In this document: piece after piece, positions 43,959 through 52,415 of the stretch
How the letters are laid out: the number at the start of each line of letters is the position of its first letter
How positions within the stretch are numbered: position 1 is the stretch's first letter
IMG/VR virus record: IMGVR_UViG_3300046660_000716
Coordinates: 62,001 to 126,000 of that record
Direction: 5' to 3' (one strand)
Length of the DNA stretch: 64,000 nt
Program-made: the position numbers and the translations under genes
Notes under the pieces: model-generated
What the model saw: only the letters and a program-made list of their open reading frames with translations
Database searches by the model: none
What the model was told of the DNA's origin: nothing

Positions 43959-44603
43959 ATGTACGCACTTCCAGAATTCGACAACCCGCGCAACTGGTCG
44001 GAAGACTACGCGGCGAACGGCAGCGGCATGTACACCAACACGTGCTGCGATTGCAAGGTCCCGTTCTTCGGACACAAGCGTCGCTTCATCTGCAAGGTGT
44101 GCGACAAACAGAAAACCGACGCCGCGGCGGCGCTGCAGAAGCAGATCGCCGACGGCGCACTCACGGAAGAAGAGATGAGCATACTGCCAAAGATTTCCCT
44201 GATCGACGGGCTGACCGCGCACCTCGCGGCGTCCCTCCAGATCGACACCGCCAACCAGGAAGAGATGGCCGGCGTCGAGAAGATCGCCCAGTCGGCGGTC
44301 GAGTACTTCCAGTACAGCACGAAGGGCGCCCCCAACGGGTCCGGCGCCGTCATGCAGTGGATCCTGTTCTCCGCGGCGTGGGAGGGCAAGGTGGCCCAGG
44401 CCGAGATCGACGCGTTCTTCTCCAACGTGAACATGGACCCGACGCGCATGCTCGCCGCGTGGCGCTCGATGAGCCCGCAGGAGCGCCAGGGTGTGTTCAC
44501 GGTCGCCCTGATCCCGGGCAAGCTGGACGAAGCTGACATCAGCGACGTCGCCGCCGCCCTCTTCCACAACCGCGGCGCCGCGACCGGCGGCCTCCCGGGC
44601 TAG
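43959..44603 (+). CDS. hypothetical protein with an N-terminal zinc ribbon
   Basis: CCDC..F.GHKRRF.C..C; SD AGGAGGT. Confidence 0.75.
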   Translation: MYALPEFDNPRNWSEDYAANGSGMYTNTCCDCKVPFFGHKRRFICKVCDKQKTDAAAALQKQIADGALTEEEMSILPKISLIDGLTAHLAASLQIDTANQEEMAGVEKIAQSAVEYFQYSTKGAPNGSGAVMQWILFSAAWEGKVAQAEIDAFFSNVNMDPTRMLAAWRSMSPQERQGVFTVALIPGKLDEADISDVAAALFHNRGAATGGLPG

Positions 44604-44656
44604 CGCTCGCGGGCCGGGCAACAGCCAATCGCAGACAACACCAATCAGGAGAACCA

Positions 44657-45292
44657 ATGAAGCAAGACCAAATCACATCCCTGCCGCAGATCACGGTGAC
44701 GGACAAGTTCGACGTGCCGGACGTGCGCGCCGTGCTGCTGGCCGAGTTTGGCCCGGACGTGGGCGTGCGCGAGATCGTCGCCGCCGAGGCCGATCCGGCC
44801 GCCAATGAAGCGGAAGCGGCACCCGCGACCGCGCTGGAAGAGTACGACGCGGTGCTCGAAGCCGCAGCCGGACTGGAGGAGTTCCCCGAGACCGTCCCGG
44901 TGGCGCAGATGTCGGGCGTGCGCCTCGTGCGCGTGCTGGACTCCAAGGTCGACGGCGCGGGCAACGTGTTGCACGACCTCGTCACGGCGTTCGACGCCGG
45001 TACCGGCATGACCCCGCTGACCTTCCTGCTGGGCGGAGGCGCCGTCCTGGCCTCGACCCGCCCAGGCGAGACCTACGCCTGGCAGCTGGTCAAGGTCGGG
45101 CAGATCCCGGACGAGTCCGCGACCGCCGTGCAGATCGAGGGCTGCCGCCTGGCGACCGCCGAGGAGACGGTCACGCTGAACGAGATGTACCCGGGCTGGC
45201 TGGAGGCATGCAAGAAGGTGGACGAGGCCGCCAAGGGCGACGACTTCACCGAGACGCTGCTGAAGGCGCCGCGCATCGGCATGATGCACTAG
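44657..45292 (+). CDS. hypothetical acidic protein
   Basis: SD AGGAG. Confidence 0.75.
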   Translation: MKQDQITSLPQITVTDKFDVPDVRAVLLAEFGPDVGVREIVAAEADPAANEAEAAPATALEEYDAVLEAAAGLEEFPETVPVAQMSGVRLVRVLDSKVDGAGNVLHDLVTAFDAGTGMTPLTFLLGGGAVLASTRPGETYAWQLVKVGQIPDESATAVQIEGCRLATAEETVTLNEMYPGWLEACKKVDEAAKGDDFTETLLKAPRIGMMH

Positions 45293-45966
45293 GCGCCGTT
45301 GATGTCGACCACCAGGATCAGGCGGCCGTCCGCCATCACGGCGTAGGGCTGCGGCTCCGCGTCGGGGTAGACCTCCTCCGCCTGGACGTCGGCCCGCTCG
45401 GCGCCGTTCTCGCCGACCACCCACAGGTTCCCCTGCGGGTCCGACACGGTGTCGCCGACGCTGATGTCGGCCGGCAGCTCCCGCTCCTCCTCTTCCTCGT
45501 ACGGCTCCAGGGCCGCCGCGGGGGAGGGGAGGGCCGCGCCCTCGTTTTTTGGCTCGTCGCCGCCCACGGGGTCGAGCATGGCCGCGGCCGGGGCGGTCCC
45601 GCCCTTGAGCATGGTCTGGATCGACTGCAGCAGGCTGGCGTTCACGCCGGACGCGCGCTCGTCGTTCTTGGCCGCGTCGTCCTGCTGGGCGATCTTGATC
45701 TCGCGGTCGGCCATGTCCTTCTTGGTCGCCTTGAGCTCCTTGATCAGCGCCAGGCGCTGGTTGCGGTTCGAGATCACCTGCTCCGTCGTTCGCACGACGA
45801 GGGCGGCGGCCCCGCGCGCGCGGTCCATCGTGGGGTACAGCTTGTCCAGAAGCTCGTTCAGGCGCTTGTCGAGGGCCTCGCACTCTCGGATCGCCTCCAG
45901 AATGCGCTTGGTCTCGGCCTGGTAGGACGCGCGGAACTTCTTGTCTGAGTAGTCGGCGATAGCCAT
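45289..45966 (-). CDS. hypothetical coiled-coil protein
   Basis: 225 aa; heptad N-terminal half and acidic tail; genome-typical codon bias on the minus strand. Confidence 0.75.
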   Translation of the reverse strand: MAIADYSDKKFRASYQAETKRILEAIRECEALDKRLNELLDKLYPTMDRARGAAALVVRTTEQVISNRNQRLALIKELKATKKDMADREIKIAQQDDAAKNDERASGVNASLLQSIQTMLKGGTAPAAAMLDPVGGDEPKNEGAALPSPAAALEPYEEEEERELPADISVGDTVSDPQGNLWVVGENGAERADVQAEEVYPDAEPQPYAVMADGRLILVVDINGA

Positions 45967-46039
45967 GATTGTGTCCAGTGAGGGCGCCGGCCATGGTGCG
46001 ACAACGGGTCGCGGGCTGCGGGCGCTTGGGTGCTTCGGT

Positions 46040-46051
46040 CAACTTGATGTT
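46040..46051 (-). promoter_or_regulatory. AACA-N6-TG, putative late promoter
   Basis: AACAtcaagtTG upstream of the minus-strand gene, divergent from CATATCAT. Confidence 0.45.
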
Positions 46052-46073
46052 CCGCCAACGCGGAGGCCGCACG

Positions 46074-46081
46074 CATATCAT
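46074..46081 (+). promoter_or_regulatory. CATATCAT motif
   Basis: Intergenic, heads the HNH-polB unit. Confidence 0.6.
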
Positions 46082-46122
46082 TGTCCGGAGACGCCCCGTA
46101 AATCAGACTCCTGGAAGAGCAG

Positions 46123-46332
46123 ATGAACCTAACCAAACTTTCGAAGATCCAACCCGCCCACCTGGGCGCGCTGATCCTGGTCCTCATGCCCGTGCTGCAT
46201 CTGCTGATGTGGCTGGCCATGGCGGTGATCGCGGTCATCGCAGCCCGGGACGTGCTCCGCTGCATCGGCCGCCACGCGCGCGCCCTGTGGTCCGGCCGGG
46301 CGGACACCGCCGCACTAGGAGAACCAGAGTAA
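46123..46332 (+). CDS. small membrane protein
   Basis: Long hydrophobic segment; TAATG coupling to the HNH gene. Confidence 0.6.
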   Translation: MNLTKLSKIQPAHLGALILVLMPVLHLLMWLAMAVIAVIAARDVLRCIGRHARALWSGRADTAALGEPE

Positions 46333-46967
46333 TGCCGAAGCTGATAGACCTGTCGGGACAGACGTTTGGAAGGCTCACCGTTGTGCGGCGCCACGGCCTG
46401 GACGGACGAAACACGACGTGGCTGTGCACGTGCGACTGCGGAGGTCCGAAGGCAGATGAGGTTATCGTGCAGACCTACAACCTGCGGCACGCAAAGACGG
46501 TGTCGTGCGGATGCGTTCGCAAGGAGAACTCGGCCGCTGCAACGATCACGCATGGTATGTCCGAGACGCGCGTGTACCACATATGGAAGATGATGCTGCA
46601 GCGATGCACGAATCCGAAGGCCGATGCGTACAGCAACTACGGTGGCCGAGGAATCACCGTCGACCCGTCGTGGCATGAATTCGAGAAATTCTATGCGGAC
46701 ATGGGCGAACCGCCATCGCCAAAGCACACCCTCGAACGCGAGGACAACAACGGCAACTACACATCGTCAAACTGCAAGTGGGCGACCGATGAGGAGCAGG
46801 CCAACAACCGTCGGACCAATGTGACACTCACGTTGGGCGAGCGCACGATGACGAAAGCCCAATGGGCTCGCGAGTTAGGAATCACTGATTGCTCGCTGCA
46901 GAACCGACTGGATGCCGGATGGAGCGTCGAGCGCGCACTTACCACCAAGAAACGAGGAACACAATGA
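46332..46967 (+). mobile_element. free-standing HNH homing endonuclease
   Basis: DL.GQ.FGRLTV..W.C.CDCG..SCGC, YGGRGI.V..W..FE.FY.DMG, TLER.DNNGNY..NC.WAT..EQANN; AT-richer codons than its neighbours. Confidence 0.85.
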
Positions 46968-48814
46968 CCGAAACGGTATCGAAGCCTGTGGTACGCCACC
47001 AGCTGATTAACGTAATCCATCATAACATGGCGCTCTACCATTCCGACTGGTTTGGCAAGGGCCAGTGCGTGATGCTGGTCGAGAAGCTGCACTTCCCCGA
47101 CGGCACGACCAAGAAGCAGGTGCTGAAGGTCGAGAAGCCGACCCAGCAGTACTCGCTGACCGCCCCCGAGTTCCAGGCCGAGCACGAGCTGCCCGAGCTG
47201 GCCTACCCGTCGAACCGCTGCGAGCTGTACGAGAGCCCGATCGACCAGCTGGACCGCCACGTCGCCGAGCTGACCGGCCAGATGGCCTACTACAACGAGA
47301 CCAAGGGTCCGGGCGCCAACCGCCGCCGCCGGAAGCTCCACGACCACCGCTGGCTGCACGGCTCCGACGCCAACATCGCCGACGCGTACATCGACCGCTA
47401 CATGGAGAAGTACGCCAAGGAGGGCGTGCTGGACACGACCTCCCCGCTCGAGCAGGCTTTCGCCGACATCGAGGTGGACGGCGTGGACTATCGCGGCTTC
47501 CCGGACGAGCGCATCGCCCCGGTCCCGGTCAACCTGATCACGTACTTCCACCGCCCCACGCGCAAGATGACCCAGTTCATCCTGCGCAACACGGTGCGCG
47601 ACAACCCGGCCATCGCCCAGTTCGAGAGCGACACGGGCTACTGGCTCGTCCGGCTGATGGCCGAGTACAACCGCGCGCCGCTCGAGAAGGCCCGCAAGGG
47701 CGCGGACGGCGTCAAGCTGGCGCCGCTGGTCCCGAAGGACTGCGAGTGGGAGGTCATCGCCGGCCAGATCGGACTGACCGAGGGCGTGGATGCCGATCCG
47801 GACTCCGTGGCCGCCTGCCGCCTCCAGGACCTGGACCTGCTGTTCTACGACACCGAGCTCGAGCTCCTGGAGGCGTTCTTCCACCTCGTCAACGAGGTCG
47901 ACCGCCCGGACACGCTGGCCTACTGGAACGCGTCGTTCGACATCCGCACCATGATGGGCCGCGTGCAGCAGCTGGGCTTCAACCCGGCCGAGGCTTTCTC
48001 GCCGCAGGACTTCCGCCCGTGGTGCATCGCGGACTACAACGAGGACACGTTCAACGCGCTGAAGCCGACCGAGTCGGGCGACGTCTTCACCGTGAGCGCG
48101 TACACGATCTACATCGACCAGATGCTGCTGTACGCGCAGCTGCGGAAGGCCGGCGGCCTCAAGGAGAGCTACAGCCTGGACTTCACCATCGAGGCCGAGC
48201 TGGGGCAGAACAAGCTCGAATTCGCCGGTCCGATCAGCCAGTTCTCGTACAACGACTTCCCGCGCTTCGTCGAGTACGGCGGCAAGGACGTCCTGCCGAT
48301 GGCGGACCTGGAGGACAAGACCGAGGACATCGCGCAGGCGTACCAGCTGTCGATGGTCACCCGCACCCGGTTCCACAAGATCCTGAAGAAGACCGTCTGC
48401 CTGCGCAACCTGGCCAACGTCTACTACCGGGACCGCGGCCTGACGCTCAGCAACAATCGCAACCGCAACAAGGAGCGCATCGACACCGAGAAGTTCCGCG
48501 GCGCGTTCGTCGCGGACCCGCAGCTCATGGGCGCCACCGGCATCATCATGGGCGGCACGAGGTCCGACCGGGTGTTCGACGACGTGGTCGACTTCGACGC
48601 GACGGCGCTGTACCCGTCCATCATCATCGGCTTCAACATCGACCAGTCGGGCCAGGTCGGCCGCCTGGTGACGCTCGACGAGTACGGGCAGGACGTGAAC
48701 TCGTTCACGCTGATGGAGAACTGGGCGTGCGGCGACCCGCTGGAGGTCGGCCGCGAGTGGCTGGGCCTGCCGGGTGTGGCCGAGCTGGCCGAGCTGGTCC
48801 GCGACCCGCAGTAG
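46964..48814 (+). CDS. family B DNA polymerase, N-terminal (exonuclease + motif A) subunit of a split enzyme
   Basis: ExoI ADIEVD, ExoII YWNASFD, SYSLD, ExoIII EYGGKD, FRGAFV, motif A DFDATALYPS. No KxxxNSxYG or YxDTDS before the stop. Confidence 0.9.
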   Translation: MTETVSKPVVRHQLINVIHHNMALYHSDWFGKGQCVMLVEKLHFPDGTTKKQVLKVEKPTQQYSLTAPEFQAEHELPELAYPSNRCELYESPIDQLDRHVAELTGQMAYYNETKGPGANRRRRKLHDHRWLHGSDANIADAYIDRYMEKYAKEGVLDTTSPLEQAFADIEVDGVDYRGFPDERIAPVPVNLITYFHRPTRKMTQFILRNTVRDNPAIAQFESDTGYWLVRLMAEYNRAPLEKARKGADGVKLAPLVPKDCEWEVIAGQIGLTEGVDADPDSVAACRLQDLDLLFYDTELELLEAFFHLVNEVDRPDTLAYWNASFDIRTMMGRVQQLGFNPAEAFSPQDFRPWCIADYNEDTFNALKPTESGDVFTVSAYTIYIDQMLLYAQLRKAGGLKESYSLDFTIEAELGQNKLEFAGPISQFSYNDFPRFVEYGGKDVLPMADLEDKTEDIAQAYQLSMVTRTRFHKILKKTVCLRNLANVYYRDRGLTLSNNRNRNKERIDTEKFRGAFVADPQLMGATGIIMGGTRSDRVFDDVVDFDATALYPSIIIGFNIDQSGQVGRLVTLDEYGQDVNSFTLMENWACGDPLEVGREWLGLPGVAELAELVRDPQ

Positions 48815-48823
48815 CGCAATGAG

Positions 48824-48850
48824 ACCGAAGCGGGGAAACCCGCTTCGGCC
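48824..48850 (+). terminator. hairpin after polB
   Basis: CCGAAGCGGG-gaaa-CCCGCTTCGG; no T-tract. Confidence 0.45.
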
Positions 48851-48875
48851 CATCAATCAACCGAAGGAGAATGCA

Positions 48876-49400
48876 ATGTCAATCAAGCGACACTCGCGAC
48901 CGTTCGCCGGCCTCCGCGTGCTGCCGGTCCCGTACTGGGCCAACAGCCAGCGACTCCGCACTCACATGCTGGCGAGCGGAGCCATGATGACGCGCATCGA
49001 CCCGATCGTGGGCCGCAGCGGGTACTACAACGTCCGCGCGCACGGGCAGTCCCAGCGCGACGGCTCGCCCCACACCGAGTTCCCGGCGATGACCTGGATC
49101 GAGAAGGACGGACTGGCCTGGAGGCTCGATGCGCAGGACGCGAGCGACAGCTTCACCCACGCTCTGATGCTCATGGGCGACGACGACCGCATCACCCAGC
49201 GCGAGGCCGCCGCCCTGCGCACCGTCATCAGCCTGACGACCAGCCCCCTGACCCTGACGGCCTGCCGCATGCGCCTGCAGCGCGGCCTGGAGGCGAACGA
49301 GCTGGCGAGCATCGGTCGGAAAGCCCGCCGGGCAGGCAAGCGAATCCGCGCAGCGCGCCAGGCGTTCCTGGCCAAGGTAGATTCAGACAAGAAGGAGTAA
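48876..49400 (+). CDS. hypothetical protein
   Basis: SD GAAGGAG. Confidence 0.7.
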   Translation: MSIKRHSRPFAGLRVLPVPYWANSQRLRTHMLASGAMMTRIDPIVGRSGYYNVRAHGQSQRDGSPHTEFPAMTWIEKDGLAWRLDAQDASDSFTHALMLMGDDDRITQREAAALRTVISLTTSPLTLTACRMRLQRGLEANELASIGRKARRAGKRIRAARQAFLAKVDSDKKE

Positions 49401-49403
49401 AGA

Positions 49404-49700
49404 ATGGACGTCACCAAAGACACCGAGCACTGCGACCGGTGCGCCAACCCGCTGGAGGAGTCCCAGATCGGCCTGTGCGACTCGTGCCAGGAAGACGACA
49501 CGCCCGCCGACAACGGCGAGTGGATGCACGTGCTGGGCGGCGTGGACCCGAATCCGCCGAAGCCCGCGATCCCATGGTCCGAACCGACCCTGGAGTTCGA
49601 CCCGCGCGACCGTCTCGAGACGCGCATGCAGATGCGCCGCAACCACCGCGAGGCCCATCCCGAGCTGTACGTCGACCCCAACGAGCGGAACGTGTTCTGA
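49404..49700 (+). CDS. hypothetical protein with CxxC..CxxC
   Basis: SD AAGGAG. Confidence 0.7.
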   Translation: MDVTKDTEHCDRCANPLEESQIGLCDSCQEDDTPADNGEWMHVLGGVDPNPPKPAIPWSEPTLEFDPRDRLETRMQMRRNHREAHPELYVDPNERNVF

Positions 49701-50260
49701 TGGAGCCGGGTGACTTCGCGGCGATGGACGCCGCCAACGAAGAAATCGCGCAGCGCGTGCGATTCAGCCCGTCCTGCGACATGCAGGTCAGCGTTCACAT
49801 GGACGAGATCATGGCCGTGGAGGCGGGCAACGGGTGGGTGGCTAAGTGGGTGGCAGAAAAGGGCATTGCCGACCTGCCTGGTTACAAGGTCCACGCATCC
49901 GACTACGACGTGCCGTCCCGCTCCGACGGGTCCGGCGGCGGAATGGTCCGGGTCAAGTGGTACGGCGTCTTTGATGACTACGACCGCTTGGTGCACGGGT
50001 ACCTGCTCAATCGCGACCTCAAGAACTGGACGCAGCTGACGTGCTTCACCATGCAGGCCGACGACCCGTGGAAACCTGTGCCCGTCTCGGCCCTGGCGCG
50101 CGAGGAAAGGGGTGAGCTCGTCTTTGCCAGGCAAATGGAATCCGGCGAGTGGGAGTACGCCATGGGCCGGTTCTACATGGGGAGCGTGCACGCCAACGGC
50201 ATGCAGCGCACCTGGAGGCCCACGCACTACCGGCCGCTGTTCCCACCGAAAGGACAATGA
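49700..50260 (+). CDS. hypothetical protein
   Basis: TGATG coupling. Confidence 0.7.
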   Translation: MEPGDFAAMDAANEEIAQRVRFSPSCDMQVSVHMDEIMAVEAGNGWVAKWVAEKGIADLPGYKVHASDYDVPSRSDGSGGGMVRVKWYGVFDDYDRLVHGYLLNRDLKNWTQLTCFTMQADDPWKPVPVSALAREERGELVFARQMESGEWEYAMGRFYMGSVHANGMQRTWRPTHYRPLFPPKGQ

Positions 50261-50263
50261 ACG

Positions 50264-51013
50264 ATGAACGACAACATAGAGAATTTGCTCCGCGACGCGC
50301 AGCACGCGCTGCGGGCGCACCACCAGGCCGGCGTGGCCGAGGGCTCGGCCTACACGGACGAGAAGCTGTCTACCGACACGGTGGACGTCATCCAGCGCCT
50401 GCAATCCGTGCGCTCGCACCTGGCCGCGCTGCACCGCGATCCGATGCCGGCGAACGCCTGGCCCGGATACAGGCTGGTCCCGATGACGCTCACCGGCGCC
50501 GAGGTCGAGGCGCTGCAGAACCGGGCCGCCGCTATGCTGGACAAGCCCCGCAGCGCCCTGTCCCAGGGCGACCGGCACACGGCCTCGGTCGAGCTACTGG
50601 CCGCCGTGGCGAGCTACACGATCCGGCCGGACGACTCGTGGGCCCGCCTGCTGCAGAACCACATCGAACTCCACCTCTCGTCGCCCCGGGCGCATCCGGC
50701 GCACACTCTGCGAGCGGCCATCGAGGCGGTCCAGATGCACTGCGCCCGGCGCGAGGCCCTTGCGGTCGAGCCGGTCATGGACAACCTGCGCGTCGCCGTG
50801 GCAAGGGCATGGAAGGCCGACGCCCGGCTGACCAAGCTCGGATCCCAGATCCGCGCGGCCGGCTACGACATCGACTCCGACGACAACCTGGTCGCGCGCC
50901 GCCCTCCGGTGACGATGGGGGCAGTCGGCGACGGCGGCGTCATGCTCTGCGCCGGGGAACCCGAACTCAACCAGCGGGGCGGATCCGGTAACGCGGACCC
51001 GGCTCAGCGATAA
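50264..51013 (+). CDS. hypothetical protein
   Basis: 249 aa. Confidence 0.75.
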   Translation: MNDNIENLLRDAQHALRAHHQAGVAEGSAYTDEKLSTDTVDVIQRLQSVRSHLAALHRDPMPANAWPGYRLVPMTLTGAEVEALQNRAAAMLDKPRSALSQGDRHTASVELLAAVASYTIRPDDSWARLLQNHIELHLSSPRAHPAHTLRAAIEAVQMHCARREALAVEPVMDNLRVAVARAWKADARLTKLGSQIRAAGYDIDSDDNLVARRPPVTMGAVGDGGVMLCAGEPELNQRGGSGNADPAQR

Positions 51014-51033
51014 CACACCAGAAGGAAGACAGA

Positions 51034-51786
51034 ATGATCGAACTGACCGAGAACGGCCTGATGACCTCGGCTCCCGAGCTGGCGCAGGAGGCGGCCGACC
51101 GGGTCATCGGCGGCGCGCTGAAGGCCGCGCGCGCCTACGTGCCGACCCGCGAGAACGCCGAGGGCAAGAAGGAGCACTGCGACGTGTCGCTGCACAACGG
51201 CAAGATCTACGTCGGCACGGACCACTCCGTCTACGCGGCAGTCATCACGATGAAGCTGCACGAGCTCTGCAAGAAGCGGTCGCCCCTGCGCGCCGCCGTC
51301 GAGCAGATGCAGGAGAAGGCTTGCGCCCGCCTGAACTACGGCGACGCGTCGCCGTGGCTGAAGACCCACAAGGCCAACATCAAGGTCGCGGAGATCGGCA
51401 CCCGGGTCACGCGCATGACGGTGGTCGAGGGCGTGGTCGAGCTGGACCTCTCCCCGACGCCGGAGAGCACAGCCTACGCGGTGCAGGTGGCCGCCCTCAT
51501 CGAGGAACGCGTGCGCGACGACATGGCGATCGCGGGGCCGCACGAGATGCCCGGCCTGACCGGCGACTCGTGGGTCGTCGTGGTTGGCGCCGAAGGCATC
51601 CGCCTGGAGCAGGCCCTGGCGCCCGAGTGCACCGACACCCAGGTCAAGCTGCGGGCGTCCATGCTGCCCGGGTGCCCCTGCACGGTGACGGCGTACGAGG
51701 ACCCGAACGGCGACCGCATCGTGCGGTTCGTCGCCGACACCCCGACGATGAAGGTCGAGCAGTTCTTCAGGGTGCTCGTGGTGTAG
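51034..51786 (+). CDS. hypothetical protein
   Basis: SD GAAGGAAG; 250 aa. Confidence 0.8.
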   Translation: MIELTENGLMTSAPELAQEAADRVIGGALKAARAYVPTRENAEGKKEHCDVSLHNGKIYVGTDHSVYAAVITMKLHELCKKRSPLRAAVEQMQEKACARLNYGDASPWLKTHKANIKVAEIGTRVTRMTVVEGVVELDLSPTPESTAYAVQVAALIEERVRDDMAIAGPHEMPGLTGDSWVVVVGAEGIRLEQALAPECTDTQVKLRASMLPGCPCTVTAYEDPNGDRIVRFVADTPTMKVEQFFRVLVV

Positions 51787-51816
51787 CGCATCGCCTTGGT
51801 CCTCCTCGGAGGGCCG

Positions 51817-51830
51817 AACACTCTGATAGC
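51817..51830 (+). promoter_or_regulatory. AACA-CTCTGA-TAGC, putative late promoter
   Basis: Matches AACA-N6-TA; shares the 11-mer ACTCTGATAGC with 55106. Confidence 0.6.
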
Positions 51831-51883
51831 AAGGCCGGGCCGGAAGGTCCGGCCGCCTACCCCGATTTTTTTGAGAGGCGACA

Positions 51884-52405
51884 ATGCAGCTCACGTTCAC
51901 ACAGATGCAGGATTACGTGAATCGCCTCCCCGTCACCGAGGCGAACTACTACATCTTCGAGGCGCTCCTGCGCCAGCCGTACGACCTGTACCGCCCGATC
52001 ATGGACATGCTCTTCGACGGCACCATCGTCGTCGAGGACCTCGTGGCGGCCGACGGCGCACCGGCCACCGGCGCGGCCCTGGCCGACATAGCGGCGGCCC
52101 GAGGCCGGCTGGCTCTGGCCTCGCGGGACGCGACGGCCGAGGCCACGTCGCAGCGCGCCCAGTCCCTGGCCTACGGTGTGCAGCCCGGCGCCGTGGTGCT
52201 CCAGCGCGACGCGACGCCGCTCACCGCCAACCCGGACGGCTCTCCGGGGTCCGTCTACGTCCCCGGCACAACGTCGGTGGTCGGCGCGGACGCGTCGTCC
52301 ATCTCCCCGAACCCGATCGAGCTGGAACGCGCGGGCTCCCTGGAGGACGCGCAGAAGGCGTCCCAGGAGGCTGTCATCGCGGCCATGCAACCTCAGATAG
52401 CATAG
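51884..52405 (+). CDS. hypothetical protein, probably virion-associated
   Basis: First gene of the block leading to the portal. Confidence 0.7.
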   Translation: MQLTFTQMQDYVNRLPVTEANYYIFEALLRQPYDLYRPIMDMLFDGTIVVEDLVAADGAPATGAALADIAAARGRLALASRDATAEATSQRAQSLAYGVQPGAVVLQRDATPLTANPDGSPGSVYVPGTTSVVGADASSISPNPIELERAGSLEDAQKASQEAVIAAMQPQIA

Positions 52406-52415
52406 AAAGTACACA

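Noticed and set aside
46123-46967. HNH as a group I intron ORF interrupting the DNA polymerase
   Set aside because: The upstream ORF is a small membrane protein, not a PolB exon. There is no room for an intron core, and PolB has its own coupled start.
29697-50320. Short similarity IAMLLNDATRTL (29697 gene) versus IENLLRDAQHAL (50264 gene)
   Set aside because: Only one amphipathic helix matches; not enough to call paralogy.
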